A DNA stretch of 64,000 bases from a virus (Duplodnaviria > Caudoviricetes): IMG/VR virus record IMGVR_UViG_3300029288_001872, positions 125,633-189,632 of that record; one strand, 5' to 3'. The stretch's first letter is position 1. Every line of letters starts with the position of its first letter. Below, one piece after another: positions 30,770 to 40,818 of the stretch. The position numbers and the translations under genes were made by a program. Under the pieces are notes generated by a model. It was given only the letters and a program-made list of their open reading frames with translations. It did not search any database and was not told where the DNA came from.

Positions 30770-31258
30770 ATGATGGTAAAGAAACATTTGGATGAGTTGA
30801 ACCAAATTATGGAAGAAAATGGTGGATTACTTCGAGCGGAAGATGTTGTTGAATTCGCCAAAAATCCTAAGACAACTTTGCATAATGCGTTTGAGTGGGA
30901 TGATAAGAAGGCTTCTTATAAATGGAGGTTATTTCAAGCCAATCAACTCATCAGAGTTGCAGTTACTATTCTCCCAAGAGAAAACCAAGAACCCATTATG
31001 GTTCGGCCTTTCGTCAGTTTGAAAGAAGACAGATATAATGGTGGAGGTTATCGTTCCACACTGGAAGTAATGGAAAGTCCAATTCTCAGAAAAACGCTAT
31101 TGGATGAAGCTAAAGAGGATATGCAAACTTTCATGGATAAATACAAATCTTTGGAAGAACTTGCGGAAGTCTTTGTTGCAATGGAACCTTTAATTGTTCC
31201 ACCACCCACTAAAGGACAAAGAAAGTATAAAAGGGTTGAACAACAATTATCAGCTTGA
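30770..31258 (+). CDS. conserved phage protein embedded between the two arrays (candidate accessory subunit)
   Basis: RBS AGGAG; 'GGLLRAEDVVEFAKNPKTTLHNAFEWDDKKA..RL.QA.QLIR'. Confidence 0.7.
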   Translation: MMVKKHLDELNQIMEENGGLLRAEDVVEFAKNPKTTLHNAFEWDDKKASYKWRLFQANQLIRVAVTILPRENQEPIMVRPFVSLKEDRYNGGGYRSTLEVMESPILRKTLLDEAKEDMQTFMDKYKSLEELAEVFVAMEPLIVPPPTKGQRKYKRVEQQLSA

Positions 31259-31268
31259 TGTTTTATAT

Positions 31269-31632
31269 GGCAGGTATGGCACGTTTCGATTTGGTAGGAC
31301 ATGGTGTGTTTGGTCGCATTCTGGTACTTCAAGGCAGGTGTAACAAAGACGAGTCGAGATGAGTTCGGTTGTGGTGAGTTTTAATATGGAAAGATACGTT
31401 GAGGTTCGATACGGCAGGTAAGACAAGATAAGACAAGGAGTGGTGCTACTTGCCCCGATTTGTTAGGTTGAGGAGTTATACGGCAGGTCAGACGTGTCCG
31501 GTTGAGACAAGACATGGTGGGATATGACACGGTTTGTCGGGTTGAGATAAGCAAGGCATGGCAGGCGCGGCAGGTTGAGGCATGGCGCAATGTGACGTGG
31601 TGCGCTGGGGCAAGACAAGAAGAGACATAGCA
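31269..31632 (+). repeat. guide array V: 5 GGCAGG-delimited units; V2-V4 decode to recA
   Basis: Delimiters at 31269, 31333, 31413, 31482, 31560, end AGCA 31629. Confidence 0.85.
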
Positions 31633-31655
31633 ATTTTATTTTGAAGGAGAAATAA

Positions 31656-32756
31656 ATGGCAGGACCAAAGAAAAGAGAAATATCAGATACGGTAAGTCAA
31701 ATCAAAGAAGTTGCAAATTCTCCTATTGTTACTGATGATTCACGGGTGGATTTCCTTGATTCTGGAAGTACATTGTTGAATTTGGCGGCAAGTCAATTTG
31801 GTAAGAATGGAGGTTGGGCGCGAGGTCGAATTATCAATATTGTCGGTGATAAAAGTTCAGGTAAATCAATCACTTGCATTGAAGCCTGCGCTAATGCCTT
31901 CTACAATATTGGAAAGGTAAAATCAAAAATTTATCCAGATGTCCAACAAATTAATATAGTTTACAATAATTCAGAAGGGGTTCTTGACTTCCCAATCGAA
32001 ACCATGTACGGTAAAGCATTTAATGAGTCGGTCAATTGGATTCAAACGCCGATTGCAGAATCTTTCGGACGTGACTTTCAACAACGCCTTGCTGCTTTGA
32101 AGAAAGGTGAATTTATGTTATATGTTGTTGATTCAATTGATTCTTTGGTGTCTGAGGCTGCCGCAAAAAGAATGAGTCAAGTGTTGTCAGATAAAAAAGT
32201 AGATGGTAGTTATGGTGTTGAAAAAGCAAAATTTTTTAGTTCTGAATTCTTTAATCATCTTTGTGGAGCAATGAAGGGGAAAGATGCGACATTGATTTGT
32301 GTGTCTCAAGTTAGAGAAAATATCTCCACAATCAGTTTTGGAGAACGATATTATCGCACTGGTGGAAAGGCATTTGATTTTTATAGTCATCAAGTTTGTT
32401 GGCTTGCAGTTGTTGAAAAATTAAAAAAGACATTTCGTGGTCAAGAAAGAGTATACGGTGTAAAAACACGAGCAAGATTTAAGAAATCTAAAGTATCAAA
32501 ACCTTTCAGAGAAGCAGATTTTACAATTTTATTTGACTATGGTTTAGACAATGTTTCATCATTGGTTGATTATTATTTCGGTCCAAAAGCGAAAGAAATT
32601 GAATGGAAAAACGAAAAGTTAAAAACACAAGATTTTCTCCAGCGGCTTGATAATTCACCAGAAGATTTGGAACTTTTGAAAGACTTGGTTGAAAAAGATT
32701 GGCTTGAAATTGAAGAACATGTCAAACCGGAACGCAAACCGAGGTGGACAGATTAA
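31656..32756 (+). CDS. recA: RecA/UvsX recombinase
   Basis: SGSTLLN, GRIINIVGDKSSGKS, VVDSI, SQVRE, KSKVSKPFRE. Confidence 0.9.
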   Translation: MAGPKKREISDTVSQIKEVANSPIVTDDSRVDFLDSGSTLLNLAASQFGKNGGWARGRIINIVGDKSSGKSITCIEACANAFYNIGKVKSKIYPDVQQINIVYNNSEGVLDFPIETMYGKAFNESVNWIQTPIAESFGRDFQQRLAALKKGEFMLYVVDSIDSLVSEAAAKRMSQVLSDKKVDGSYGVEKAKFFSSEFFNHLCGAMKGKDATLICVSQVRENISTISFGERYYRTGGKAFDFYSHQVCWLAVVEKLKKTFRGQERVYGVKTRARFKKSKVSKPFREADFTILFDYGLDNVSSLVDYYFGPKAKEIEWKNEKLKTQDFLQRLDNSPEDLELLKDLVEKDWLEIEEHVKPERKPRWTD

Positions 32757-33022
32757 TGTACAAAATATTAAAATACCCATTCCAAATAACTGATAATTTC
32801 ACCATTGAAATGCCTTATGATTCAAAAATTCTTAATACCTTTTGTCAAAATGATATTCCTTGTATGTGGGCATTAATAAATCCAGATAGAAAAATACAAA
32901 AACGCAAATTTACCATCATAGGCACAGGCCATCCAATAGAAGAAACTTACAATTTAGAACATATATCTACTTTTTCACAATTTGACGGTAAATTCATCTG
33001 GCACCTTTTCGAGATAAAATAA
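32744..33022 (+). CDS. conserved hypothetical phage protein
   Basis: 'PCMWALI..IIGTGH..FIWHLFE'. Confidence 0.6.
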   Translation: MDRLMYKILKYPFQITDNFTIEMPYDSKILNTFCQNDIPCMWALINPDRKIQKRKFTIIGTGHPIEETYNLEHISTFSQFDGKFIWHLFEIK

Positions 33023-33268
33023 TGCCAGATGATGACAAGAAGTTTGAGGCCATAGCGATTTCCGCGGATTTGATAGCTGAACAATTATTAATCGGTTTTG
33101 GAACTATGGATGTTGATGCAGCAAGCAGTTTGCAATTAGGTATGGTCAAGGCTTTGGCTGTAATGTGGGCTGCTTGTTCTAATGGCGATTCTAATGAAAT
33201 ATTTCACAAAATAATGGAAGCGATGCCGCCATTAGCAAATTTAAAACAGGCAGGATGGGTGCAATAAT

Positions 33269-33793
33269 ATGGATTACGAATATTATTTTTCAATATGCGA
33301 TAAAGTAGCAGAAGTGACTAAGTGTTTGAGTGTTAAAAGAGGTTCCATAATTATCACACCAGATAAAACCATTGTCAGCATGGGTTATAATGGCCCACCA
33401 CGCAATGTAGCTCATTGTAATAGTGAAGAAAGGTTAGATTGGTTATGTAAACAATTAAAAAACACACACGTTGGCGATATCAAAGAATATTTATTAGATA
33501 ATGGTTGGGGTCAAAGTTGTCCACGAAGGATTTTAAAATTTAAATCTGGGGAAGGTTTACAATTTTGTCCTGCTGGACACTCAGAAGCTAATGCCATTTT
33601 TAATGCAGCAAGACATGGAATTAATCTTAAAGGTTGTTATTTAATTCATAATACTTGTCTTCCATGTCAAGAATGCAGTAAGGCGATAATTAATTCTGGT
33701 ATTGTAAAAGTTATCACTAGAAACCTACCAGATTATGATACAGGAAGTAGATGGCTTCTTGAGAAAGCTAATGTTGAAATTGTTCAAGTATAA
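33269..33793 (+). CDS. dCMP deaminase
   Basis: GYNG, HSEANAI, PCQECSKAIINSGI. Confidence 0.9.
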   Translation: MDYEYYFSICDKVAEVTKCLSVKRGSIIITPDKTIVSMGYNGPPRNVAHCNSEERLDWLCKQLKNTHVGDIKEYLLDNGWGQSCPRRILKFKSGEGLQFCPAGHSEANAIFNAARHGINLKGCYLIHNTCLPCQECSKAIINSGIVKVITRNLPDYDTGSRWLLEKANVEIVQV

Positions 33794-34175
33794 AAACAAA
33801 TAATTCAAATTAAAAGAGAGGAATAAACAAAATGAATTTCACACCTGAAGAAATTAAAGAATTGCAAGAAATGGTTGGTGTTTATCTTGAGATGGCTGAA
33901 GTTGTCAAACCAGTAGCAGAAGATATTGTTAAAAGCATTTTGCAATATGGTCCTGTTCTAAGAAAATTATTTGATGCCATCATAGATTACCAAAATGAAA
34001 GAACTATTGCAACTATCAAACAATTTAAAAAAGCTGGTCTTGAACTTAACAACGATCAGGTTCTTGCTTTGGTTCTTGGGAATAAAATGAGTTTTACAGA
34101 TGTGTTGAAAAATATTAGTATAAATAAATAACAAGGAGGGAAGCCAAAATCTTACTATGAAAGTTAAGTTTGATA

Positions 34176-34418
34176 GTCAACCACCCTATAACTATTAAAA
34201 TGTTATGAACTTTAAGTTCGAGGTTGACCAGACTCAGCTAGAGTCACAAGACTATCGGGCTACGTTAATTGAATCATGACACCTTGGGATGCGCGCCAGT
34301 CCCATGCTCTGTCAACTAACATTAAACAGACATACGGGGTTGAAGTCAGTGTGTTGGTTGTAAAAAGTTTAATTAACCTTGTCGAGGCAAACATTACCCT
34401 AGAAATAGGAGGCTCATT
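34176..34418 (+). ncRNA. omegaRNA (HEARO-like) scaffold of IscB
   Basis: GTCAACC...GGTTGACCAGACTCAG, CTACGTT, GACACCTTGGGATGC..CCAGTCCCATGCTCTGTC, TTGTCGAGG; directly 5' of iscB. Confidence 0.8.
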
Positions 34419-35666
34419 TTGAGTAAGGTTTTTGTTTTAGATACTAATAAAAGACCGTTAAATATGGTTCATCCAGGAAGAGCAAGAAAATTGCTTTCTT
34501 CTGGTCAAGCAGCAGTATTCAAAAGATATCCTTTTACAATTATTCTGAAGAAGGAAGTTAATTCGCTTATTAAACCATTGAGAATCAAAATTGATCCGGG
34601 AAGTAGATTTACAGGGTTGGCTTTGGTTGAAGAGAAAGAAGTGGTTTTTGCTGCTGAGATTGAACACAGAGGACATAGGATTAAGAAATTATTGGATTCA
34701 AGAAGAATGATTCGTCAGCATCGTAGAAGTAGAAAAACTAGATATCGTCAAGCAAGATTTTTAAATAGAAAGAAACCAAAAGGTTGGATTCCACCATCTT
34801 TGGAAAGCAGGGTACAAAATATCAAAACATGGGTAAGTCGTTTAAGCAAATTGGCACCAATAAATTCAATTTCTTTAGAATTGGTTAAGTTTGATTTACA
34901 GAAACTTCAAAATCCAGAAATTTCTGGAATAGAATATCAACAAGGAGAATTATTTGGCTATGAAGTTAGAGAATATTTGTTAGAGAAATGGAAAAGAAAA
35001 TGTGCTTATTGTGAATGTGTAGATAAACCATTACAAGTTGAACATATCGTTCCAAAATCTCGTAGTGGTTCAAATAGGGTATCAAATTTGACTTTGGCTT
35101 GTGAAAAGTGTAATCAAAAGAAGGGAAATCTTACCGCTGAAGAATTTGGTTTTCCTGATATTCAAAAACAAGCTAAGAAACCACTTAAAGATGCGACAAT
35201 AGTCAATGCAACAAGATGGAGATTATTCAATTTGTTAAAAGAATTTAACTTTCCATTAGAAATAGGAAGCGGAGGAAGAACCAAATTTAATAGAACAAAC
35301 CAAAATTATCCTAAAACCCATTGGATTGATGCGGCTTGTGTTGGCAAATCTGGAAAGGAAATTGAAATACCTTATTGGATAAAACCTTTATATATTAAAG
35401 CATTTGGTCATGGTTCTCGCCAGAAATGTAGGACAGATAAATATGGTTTTCCTAAATCTTATGTTCCTAAAGAGAAGTCTTTTATGGGATATAAGACTGG
35501 AGATATTGTAAAAGCAAATGTTTTAAAAGGAAAGTATAGAGGACATTATATTGGAAGAATAGCTATTAGACATAGACCAAATTTTATATTAAATAACTTT
35601 GATGTCAATCCGAAGTATTTAAAGATTGTGCAAAAAATGGATGGGTATGGATATTTGTTAAATTAA
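34419..35666 (+). mobile_element. iscB: IscB RNA-guided endonuclease (IS200/IS605 family, no tnpA seen)
   Basis: PLMP-like N-terminus, IDPGS (RuvC-I), RRSRKTRYRQARFLNR, CAYC..VEHIVPKSRSGSNRVSNL (HNH), HWIDA. Confidence 0.95.
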
Positions 35667-35691
35667 AATTTTAAATAAAGATTAAAGGACA

Positions 35692-36081
35692 ATGAATATG
35701 CTTATGGAAAAAACTGATTGGCAAAGAGTTTTTACAGAAACAGAAAAGAGGTCTCCTAAATTCTTTCAAATGTTGGTTAAGGCGGCTGACCTCCACAACA
35801 GAAAAAATCTGAACTATGCCGGTCAAGGGACAGACCCATTTGCTAATTTCAGAGAAGCGGAAAAATACGCTTGTCCTTCTTGCGGTGAAAAAATTCCAGC
35901 ATGGCTTGGAGTAGCAATCAGGATAAGTGACAAAACCAGTAGGATTAATAACTTACTTGGTGGAATTCCAGATATGGTTGGGGAAAGCCTTCTTGACACC
36001 TACACAGATTTAGGGGTTTATTCCAAAATTTTCTGTATTCTTTATGAAGAATGGGAAGAGAAAAAGAAGAAAAAACTCTAA
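35692..36081 (+). CDS. DUF1599-like (nucleotide-modification-associated) protein
   Basis: 'RKNLNYA..DPFANF..IRISDKTSRI..ESLLDTYTDL'. Confidence 0.65.
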   Translation: MNMLMEKTDWQRVFTETEKRSPKFFQMLVKAADLHNRKNLNYAGQGTDPFANFREAEKYACPSCGEKIPAWLGVAIRISDKTSRINNLLGGIPDMVGESLLDTYTDLGVYSKIFCILYEEWEEKKKKKL

Positions 36082-36088
36082 AAATTTC

Positions 36089-36116
36089 TTGACAAGCCGA
36101 TTCTAGTCTATATAAT
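36089..36116 (+). promoter_or_regulatory. sigma70-type promoter
   Basis: TTGACA-16nt-TATAAT. Confidence 0.6.
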
Positions 36117-36145
36117 AGAGGCAAAATCTTGGAGGAGGAACCAAA

Positions 36146-36397
36146 ATGAAAACCTTATTTTTGATTTTGCTTCTGTGTCTACTTGCAAGTCCTGCATGGT
36201 CCAAAGACCACAACAATTATGTAATCAGAGACAAGAATTATACTGTCAAAAATTATGTCAAAGATGGAAAAATTTATGATAAGAATTACCGTCTTGAGGG
36301 CTATGTGACTAATGGGACTATCAGAGACAGAGATTACAAAACCAAAGGGTATCTTGACAGGAACGGGAGTAGCGGTCGCAAAGGACGAAACAAATGA
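36146..36397 (+). CDS. small secreted protein with internal repeats
   Basis: Signal peptide; I(R/Y)D(K/R)(N/D)Y repeated three times. Confidence 0.6.
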   Translation: MKTLFLILLLCLLASPAWSKDHNNYVIRDKNYTVKNYVKDGKIYDKNYRLEGYVTNGTIRDRDYKTKGYLDRNGSSGRKGRNK

Positions 36398-36618
36398 GAA
36401 TTTCTGTTTATGTTCTTATCATGGGATTTACCCTTCTTGTGTGTGGATTGATTTGGTTGGTAAATGATGTTAATTCCAATAAACCACAAGGTTTAAGTCC
36501 AAACCAACAAGTGATGATTGATAATGAAATTTCAATCAAGAAAAAGATTTATGGAAACAGGAGGTAATTAAATTATGATTAATTCTTACATGAGGTTGGC
36601 CTATAATAGACGATTAGA

Positions 36619-37122
36619 GTGACATGGACACTAAAGCTGACGGCCTTCTTATGGCTGATTTTAACAATAACCCTTTACCCGATGGCAACCTCCAGCCAAC
36701 CTTTAAAAGAAACGACTATGTTGTCAACTCGGAAGTATCAAAAACAGGAACCTTCAATCATCGTGATTAAGGCTTTGATTTGCGCTTATGCAATTAAACA
36801 TAAAGTTAAACCGGAAGAATTAATGGCATTGGCTCATATTGAATCTCGCAAAGGCAAGAAAGAATTTCGTGTGGGATTAACTGGTAGATACTATTTGCCA
36901 ATGGGGATACACAAAGGGTGTAAGACTGAAGATGATAAATCAACTTTAAGTGGCAATATTGAAATTGGCGCAAAAACATTGTCTAGACTTATCCATAGGA
37001 GAGGAAGTCTAAGAAAAGCGCTTCAAAAATACAATGCTAGTTTTAATTCTAGTTATTGGAATCAAGTGAAGAAAGCTAGCAAGAAGTATGAATATGAACT
37101 TAAACATGGGTTTGATGGTTAA
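36619..37122 (+). CDS. lytic transglycosylase (SLT-like)
   Basis: ALAHIES, NIEIGAKTL, ALQKYN; N-terminal hydrophobic segment. Confidence 0.7.
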   Translation: MTWTLKLTAFLWLILTITLYPMATSSQPLKETTMLSTRKYQKQEPSIIVIKALICAYAIKHKVKPEELMALAHIESRKGKKEFRVGLTGRYYLPMGIHKGCKTEDDKSTLSGNIEIGAKTLSRLIHRRGSLRKALQKYNASFNSSYWNQVKKASKKYEYELKHGFDG

Positions 37123-37464
37123 AATTATAAGGAGGAATAAGAAATGAAGAAAATGGTTGAGGGTCTTTTGGTGGAGACTTTTCCTAATGAGCAAATTAGA
37201 GTTTGGCATACAAGAAGTCGTCTGTGTGGTCAAGGGTTGGATGGTCATTGTTTTGAATATGACGACCCAGACAAAAAAGATTTGTCTAAAAATGCTAAAT
37301 CTTTGATAAAAGAACTCCGCCTTATCAATGGAATCAAAAAAGCGAATTGTTGGCCTTATGAAATAAATATTGAAAAGGCTAAAACCTATACTTGGGAAGA
37401 ACTTGAATCAACCATCTTATATCTGATGGTTAAATATGAAGTTTATACCGGAAGGTAATTAAAC

Positions 37465-37548
37465 ATCGGTGTGGCGGAACGGAATACGCAGTTGCCTCAA
37501 GAGCAACCGGAGAAATCCATAGGAGTTCGAATCTCCTCACCGATACCA
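37465..37548 (+). tRNA. tRNA-Leu(CAA)
   Basis: ATCGGTG/CACCGAT acceptor, GTTGC-CTCAAGA-GCAAC arm, long variable arm, TTCGAAT, CCA. Confidence 0.92.
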
Positions 37549-37558
37549 AAACAAGAAT

Positions 37559-37634
37559 GGACTCGTAATTCAGTTGGTAGAAGCCTCAACTCATAATTGA
37601 GTAGTCTCCCGTTCGAGTCGGGACGAGTCCACCA
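37559..37634 (+). tRNA. tRNA-CAT (elongator Met or Ile2)
   Basis: GGACTCG/CGAGTCC acceptor, CTCAA-CTCATAA-TTGAG arm, TTCGAGT, CCA. Confidence 0.9.
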
Positions 37635-38474
37635 ATCTTTAATTCATGTCTTATTAAGGAGGACTTAACACAAAGGAGATTTCCATGATCGGTGAACGAC
37701 TATTCATGGCGAATAAAATTGCTGAAAAAGTATGGTGGAAATATCACGGAGAAGATTATCAGCGTTGGGAATATGGAGACCCTTGGTTTTGTAATCACAT
37801 AATTGATACTTTTACATTTCCACCTGTTGGAATATATAGAAAAACTAGAGTATTTTGCAGTAATCCTATATGTTGTGGCAATCCGAGAAGAAAAAAGAAA
37901 GGTAAAGATAGATTGACTTTGCAGGAGAGGAGGGTGATATGAATACAGAAGAAAAACTTGAATTGATTAAAGAATGGCCATTAGGAGTCGGAGATCATTT
38001 TACTTTTATTCCAACAGAAAAACAACAAAATGACCATAAATTTTTATCACTTAAAAAAGAAATAGAAAAAAGTAGAATAGATGATATTTAATAGCAAAGG
38101 GGAAGATTAAATGGAATCAGAAGAAAAGTTGGAATTAATTAAAGAAGCATTAAAAGATTGGAGTAATGGTAGTTTACATGAAACTTCTTGCCTTATTGCT
38201 ATTGATGAAATAGTTAATGGCCTTGGAAAAATTACAAAAAAAGATATTGAATGGGGCAAGAAATCTATTAAAGAAATGGAAGAAAGAGGTGAAATATGAG
38301 TGAAAATAATTGTTTAATTAATAAACATAGATTAAGTCCAGTTGCCTATCACTATGTAAACAAAAATACTATGGTGCCAATTGTTGTTTGTTATGATTGC
38401 AATAGTTTACTTCCACATAAAGATATAATAATTTCTGGAATTTTGAAAACAAATCAAGATTAAAGGAGATAAAG

Positions 38475-39125
38475 ATGCAAATCGTTGAACAATCATGGTC
38501 TTGGGTGAAAAAACCTGACAATCCGCTACAGCTTATTGAAATGGCAGGAAAAACCTGTTATAAGAGTGAAAAAACAATAACACCAGAATCAGCGGCAAAA
38601 TTCTGCAAAAAACTTCTTGATTCTGGCCATCATTCAGTGATTGAACATGCTCATTGTGTTGTAAAATTCATTACTGACCGTGGCATATTGGCAGAACTAA
38701 CAAGGCACCGTTTGGCATCTTATTCGGTCGAGAGTACCCGCTACTGCAATTACGGAAATGATCATATCACTTTTATAAGACCAGTATGGATGGATTATGT
38801 GCCTGTTGGAATTTATGGTTGGGAAGATTTGGATACATGGCCTTATGATACTGCTTCTTTCATTTGGACGCGCTCTATGATGACAATTGAACAAGATTAT
38901 AAAGGATTGTTAAAAGAAGGGTGGAGACCAGAACAAGCGAGACAAGTTTTACCCAACAGCTTAAAGACAGAAATTGTTATGGGAGCAAACTTGCGTGAAT
39001 TTCTTCATGTCTTTAAACTTAGAACATCTAAAGCGGCACATCCACAAATTCGCGCTTTGATGTTTGATTGTCTTGATGGTTTTAAGAATGAAATTCCTGT
39101 GTTGTTTGATAATATAGGAGGATGA
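38475..39125 (+). CDS. thyX: flavin-dependent thymidylate synthase
   Basis: GHHSVIEH, RHRLASYSVESTRY, ARQVLP, AHPQIR. Confidence 0.95.
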   Translation: MQIVEQSWSWVKKPDNPLQLIEMAGKTCYKSEKTITPESAAKFCKKLLDSGHHSVIEHAHCVVKFITDRGILAELTRHRLASYSVESTRYCNYGNDHITFIRPVWMDYVPVGIYGWEDLDTWPYDTASFIWTRSMMTIEQDYKGLLKEGWRPEQARQVLPNSLKTEIVMGANLREFLHVFKLRTSKAAHPQIRALMFDCLDGFKNEIPVLFDNIGG

Positions 39126-39825
39126 ATGCTTTCTTTCCAATGTGATAAATGCAAGAAACTTAGCAATAATATATTTGGCGGTCAATGCGTCATTGAAAAA
39201 GATGGTGTTCAACTTGAAGTTTGTGTAAAATGTTCTGAAAAACTTCAAAAGAAGGATTGGAAAGAAATTTCCAGAGCCAGATAAGGAGGAATCAATGCCA
39301 AAAATAACTTGCAATCAATGTAGAAAAAATGTAGTTAAAGACTTGGAATATGCAGCTTGGTTGTCTTTGATGAATTTCCTTTCATTTCTTTATTATGAGG
39401 AGCAGATTACTAAATTGACCTATGAAACTATGCAGAATGATTTGATGATTCTAAAGCCTTGGAGAACTTCACAAGAGGAGGAGTTGGAAGGCATTATAGA
39501 AAATCTTGAAAAGAGAGATATTACTATTGAGGATGTAATTAAAAAACTAAGGAAAGATTATTATGAAGAAGATTAATCCTGTTGTTATTGATAAAGTGAA
39601 ATTTTTCTTAGATTATGATGGTTGCGCTTTCTTTCTTATGTGCAGGGACGAATATCGAACCGTATCACCAACTTGGGTTGAAGGCAAAGGCAGAAACAAA
39701 ACTACTCATTCAGTACAACTTAAAGAAGGGATGGAAGTGAAAAATTTCATGCGCGGCCTTGGCCTTTTGAATGATTGGACAGATAAAGATTTTGATAAAG
39801 GATGGATAAAAGTTATTGAAATGAT

Positions 39826-39898
39826 ATTGGAAGATATATGCAAATAACATTGGAAGATATATGCAAATAACATTGGAAGATATATGCAAATAACATTG
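39826..39898 (+). repeat. three perfect 23-bp tandem repeats (ATTGGAAGATATATGCAAATAAC)
   Basis: Copies at 39826, 39849, 39872. Confidence 0.9.
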
Positions 39899-40515
39899 AA
39901 AGGTAGACAATGTGGAAAAACACACGATATGGTCAGGAAGGTTATGGCAGTTGGGGAAGACGCTATTATGGTAGTGTTTTCCAAGGAGGAAAAAGACAGA
40001 ATTATAAAAGTATATAAAATGAATTATCCAAATATTGGAGATAGAGTATTAACATTTTCAGATAGAAAAGAATTGATTAAAGAGCACCCAAGCACTTGGA
40101 ATTTATATGTTGATAATGCTGATATTATATTACAAATGTTATTAGGATGGGGAATAAGTGAAATAACTATGACAAAAGGAAAAGAAGATGTGTAGAGTAG
40201 ACCCAGAAACAAAATGTGATGAATGTGGTGGAAGGATGTATTTAAACGATTGGGCTGAAAAAGATAAAGAAAAATGGGTGTGTATGAATTGTAAGAAAGA
40301 AATTAAAATTAAATGAAATTATAAAGGAGGATTAAAAATGTCTTTTCAATGTGAACGCTGTGGCAAGGTAACTGACAAAATCACTTACAAAATTGTTAAG
40401 GAAGAACCAAAGGAAGTCAAAGGTTTGTGTTCATATTGCGAGATGGGCATTAAAATCAAAGACGATTCTCTTTTAGACGCCAATCCATACAGATACGCCC
40501 TTGGAACAATAGATA

Positions 40516-40818
40516 ATGAATAAACCTCATTTCAATAAATTGTCAAACGCTGAATTAGAACGTCTTGCTTGTCTTGCAGAAGAATGCGGAGAAGTAATTC
40601 AAGTAATCGGGAAAGTGATACGACATGGTTACGCAGATTCGCACCCAAAATATGGCAATAAACCAACTAGAGCAATGTTGGAACAAGAAATTGCTGATTT
40701 GCAATTAATAATTGATTTAATGATTAGAGAAAAAGATATAGATAGTTTTAAAATGTTTGATTACTATAAGCTCAAAAGTGATAAAATAAACAAAAGTTTA
40801 AGATATAATGAGGTTTGA
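40516..40818 (+). CDS. MazG-like NTP pyrophosphatase
   Basis: LAEECGEVIQ..EQEIADL. Confidence 0.75.
   Translation: MNKPHFNKLSNAELERLACLAEECGEVIQVIGKVIRHGYADSHPKYGNKPTRAMLEQEIADLQLIIDLMIREKDIDSFKMFDYYKLKSDKINKSLRYNEV

Noticed and set aside
30072-31632. Conventional CRISPR array
   Set aside because: The constant part is only about 6 nt (GGCAGG), the 'spacers' have internal 5-nt periodicity, and no cas1/cas2 was seen in the window.
37940-38299. Duplicated N-terminus (MNTEEKLELIKE vs MESEEKLELIKE)
   Set aside because: Probably an ordinary small-gene duplication remnant; no further structure.
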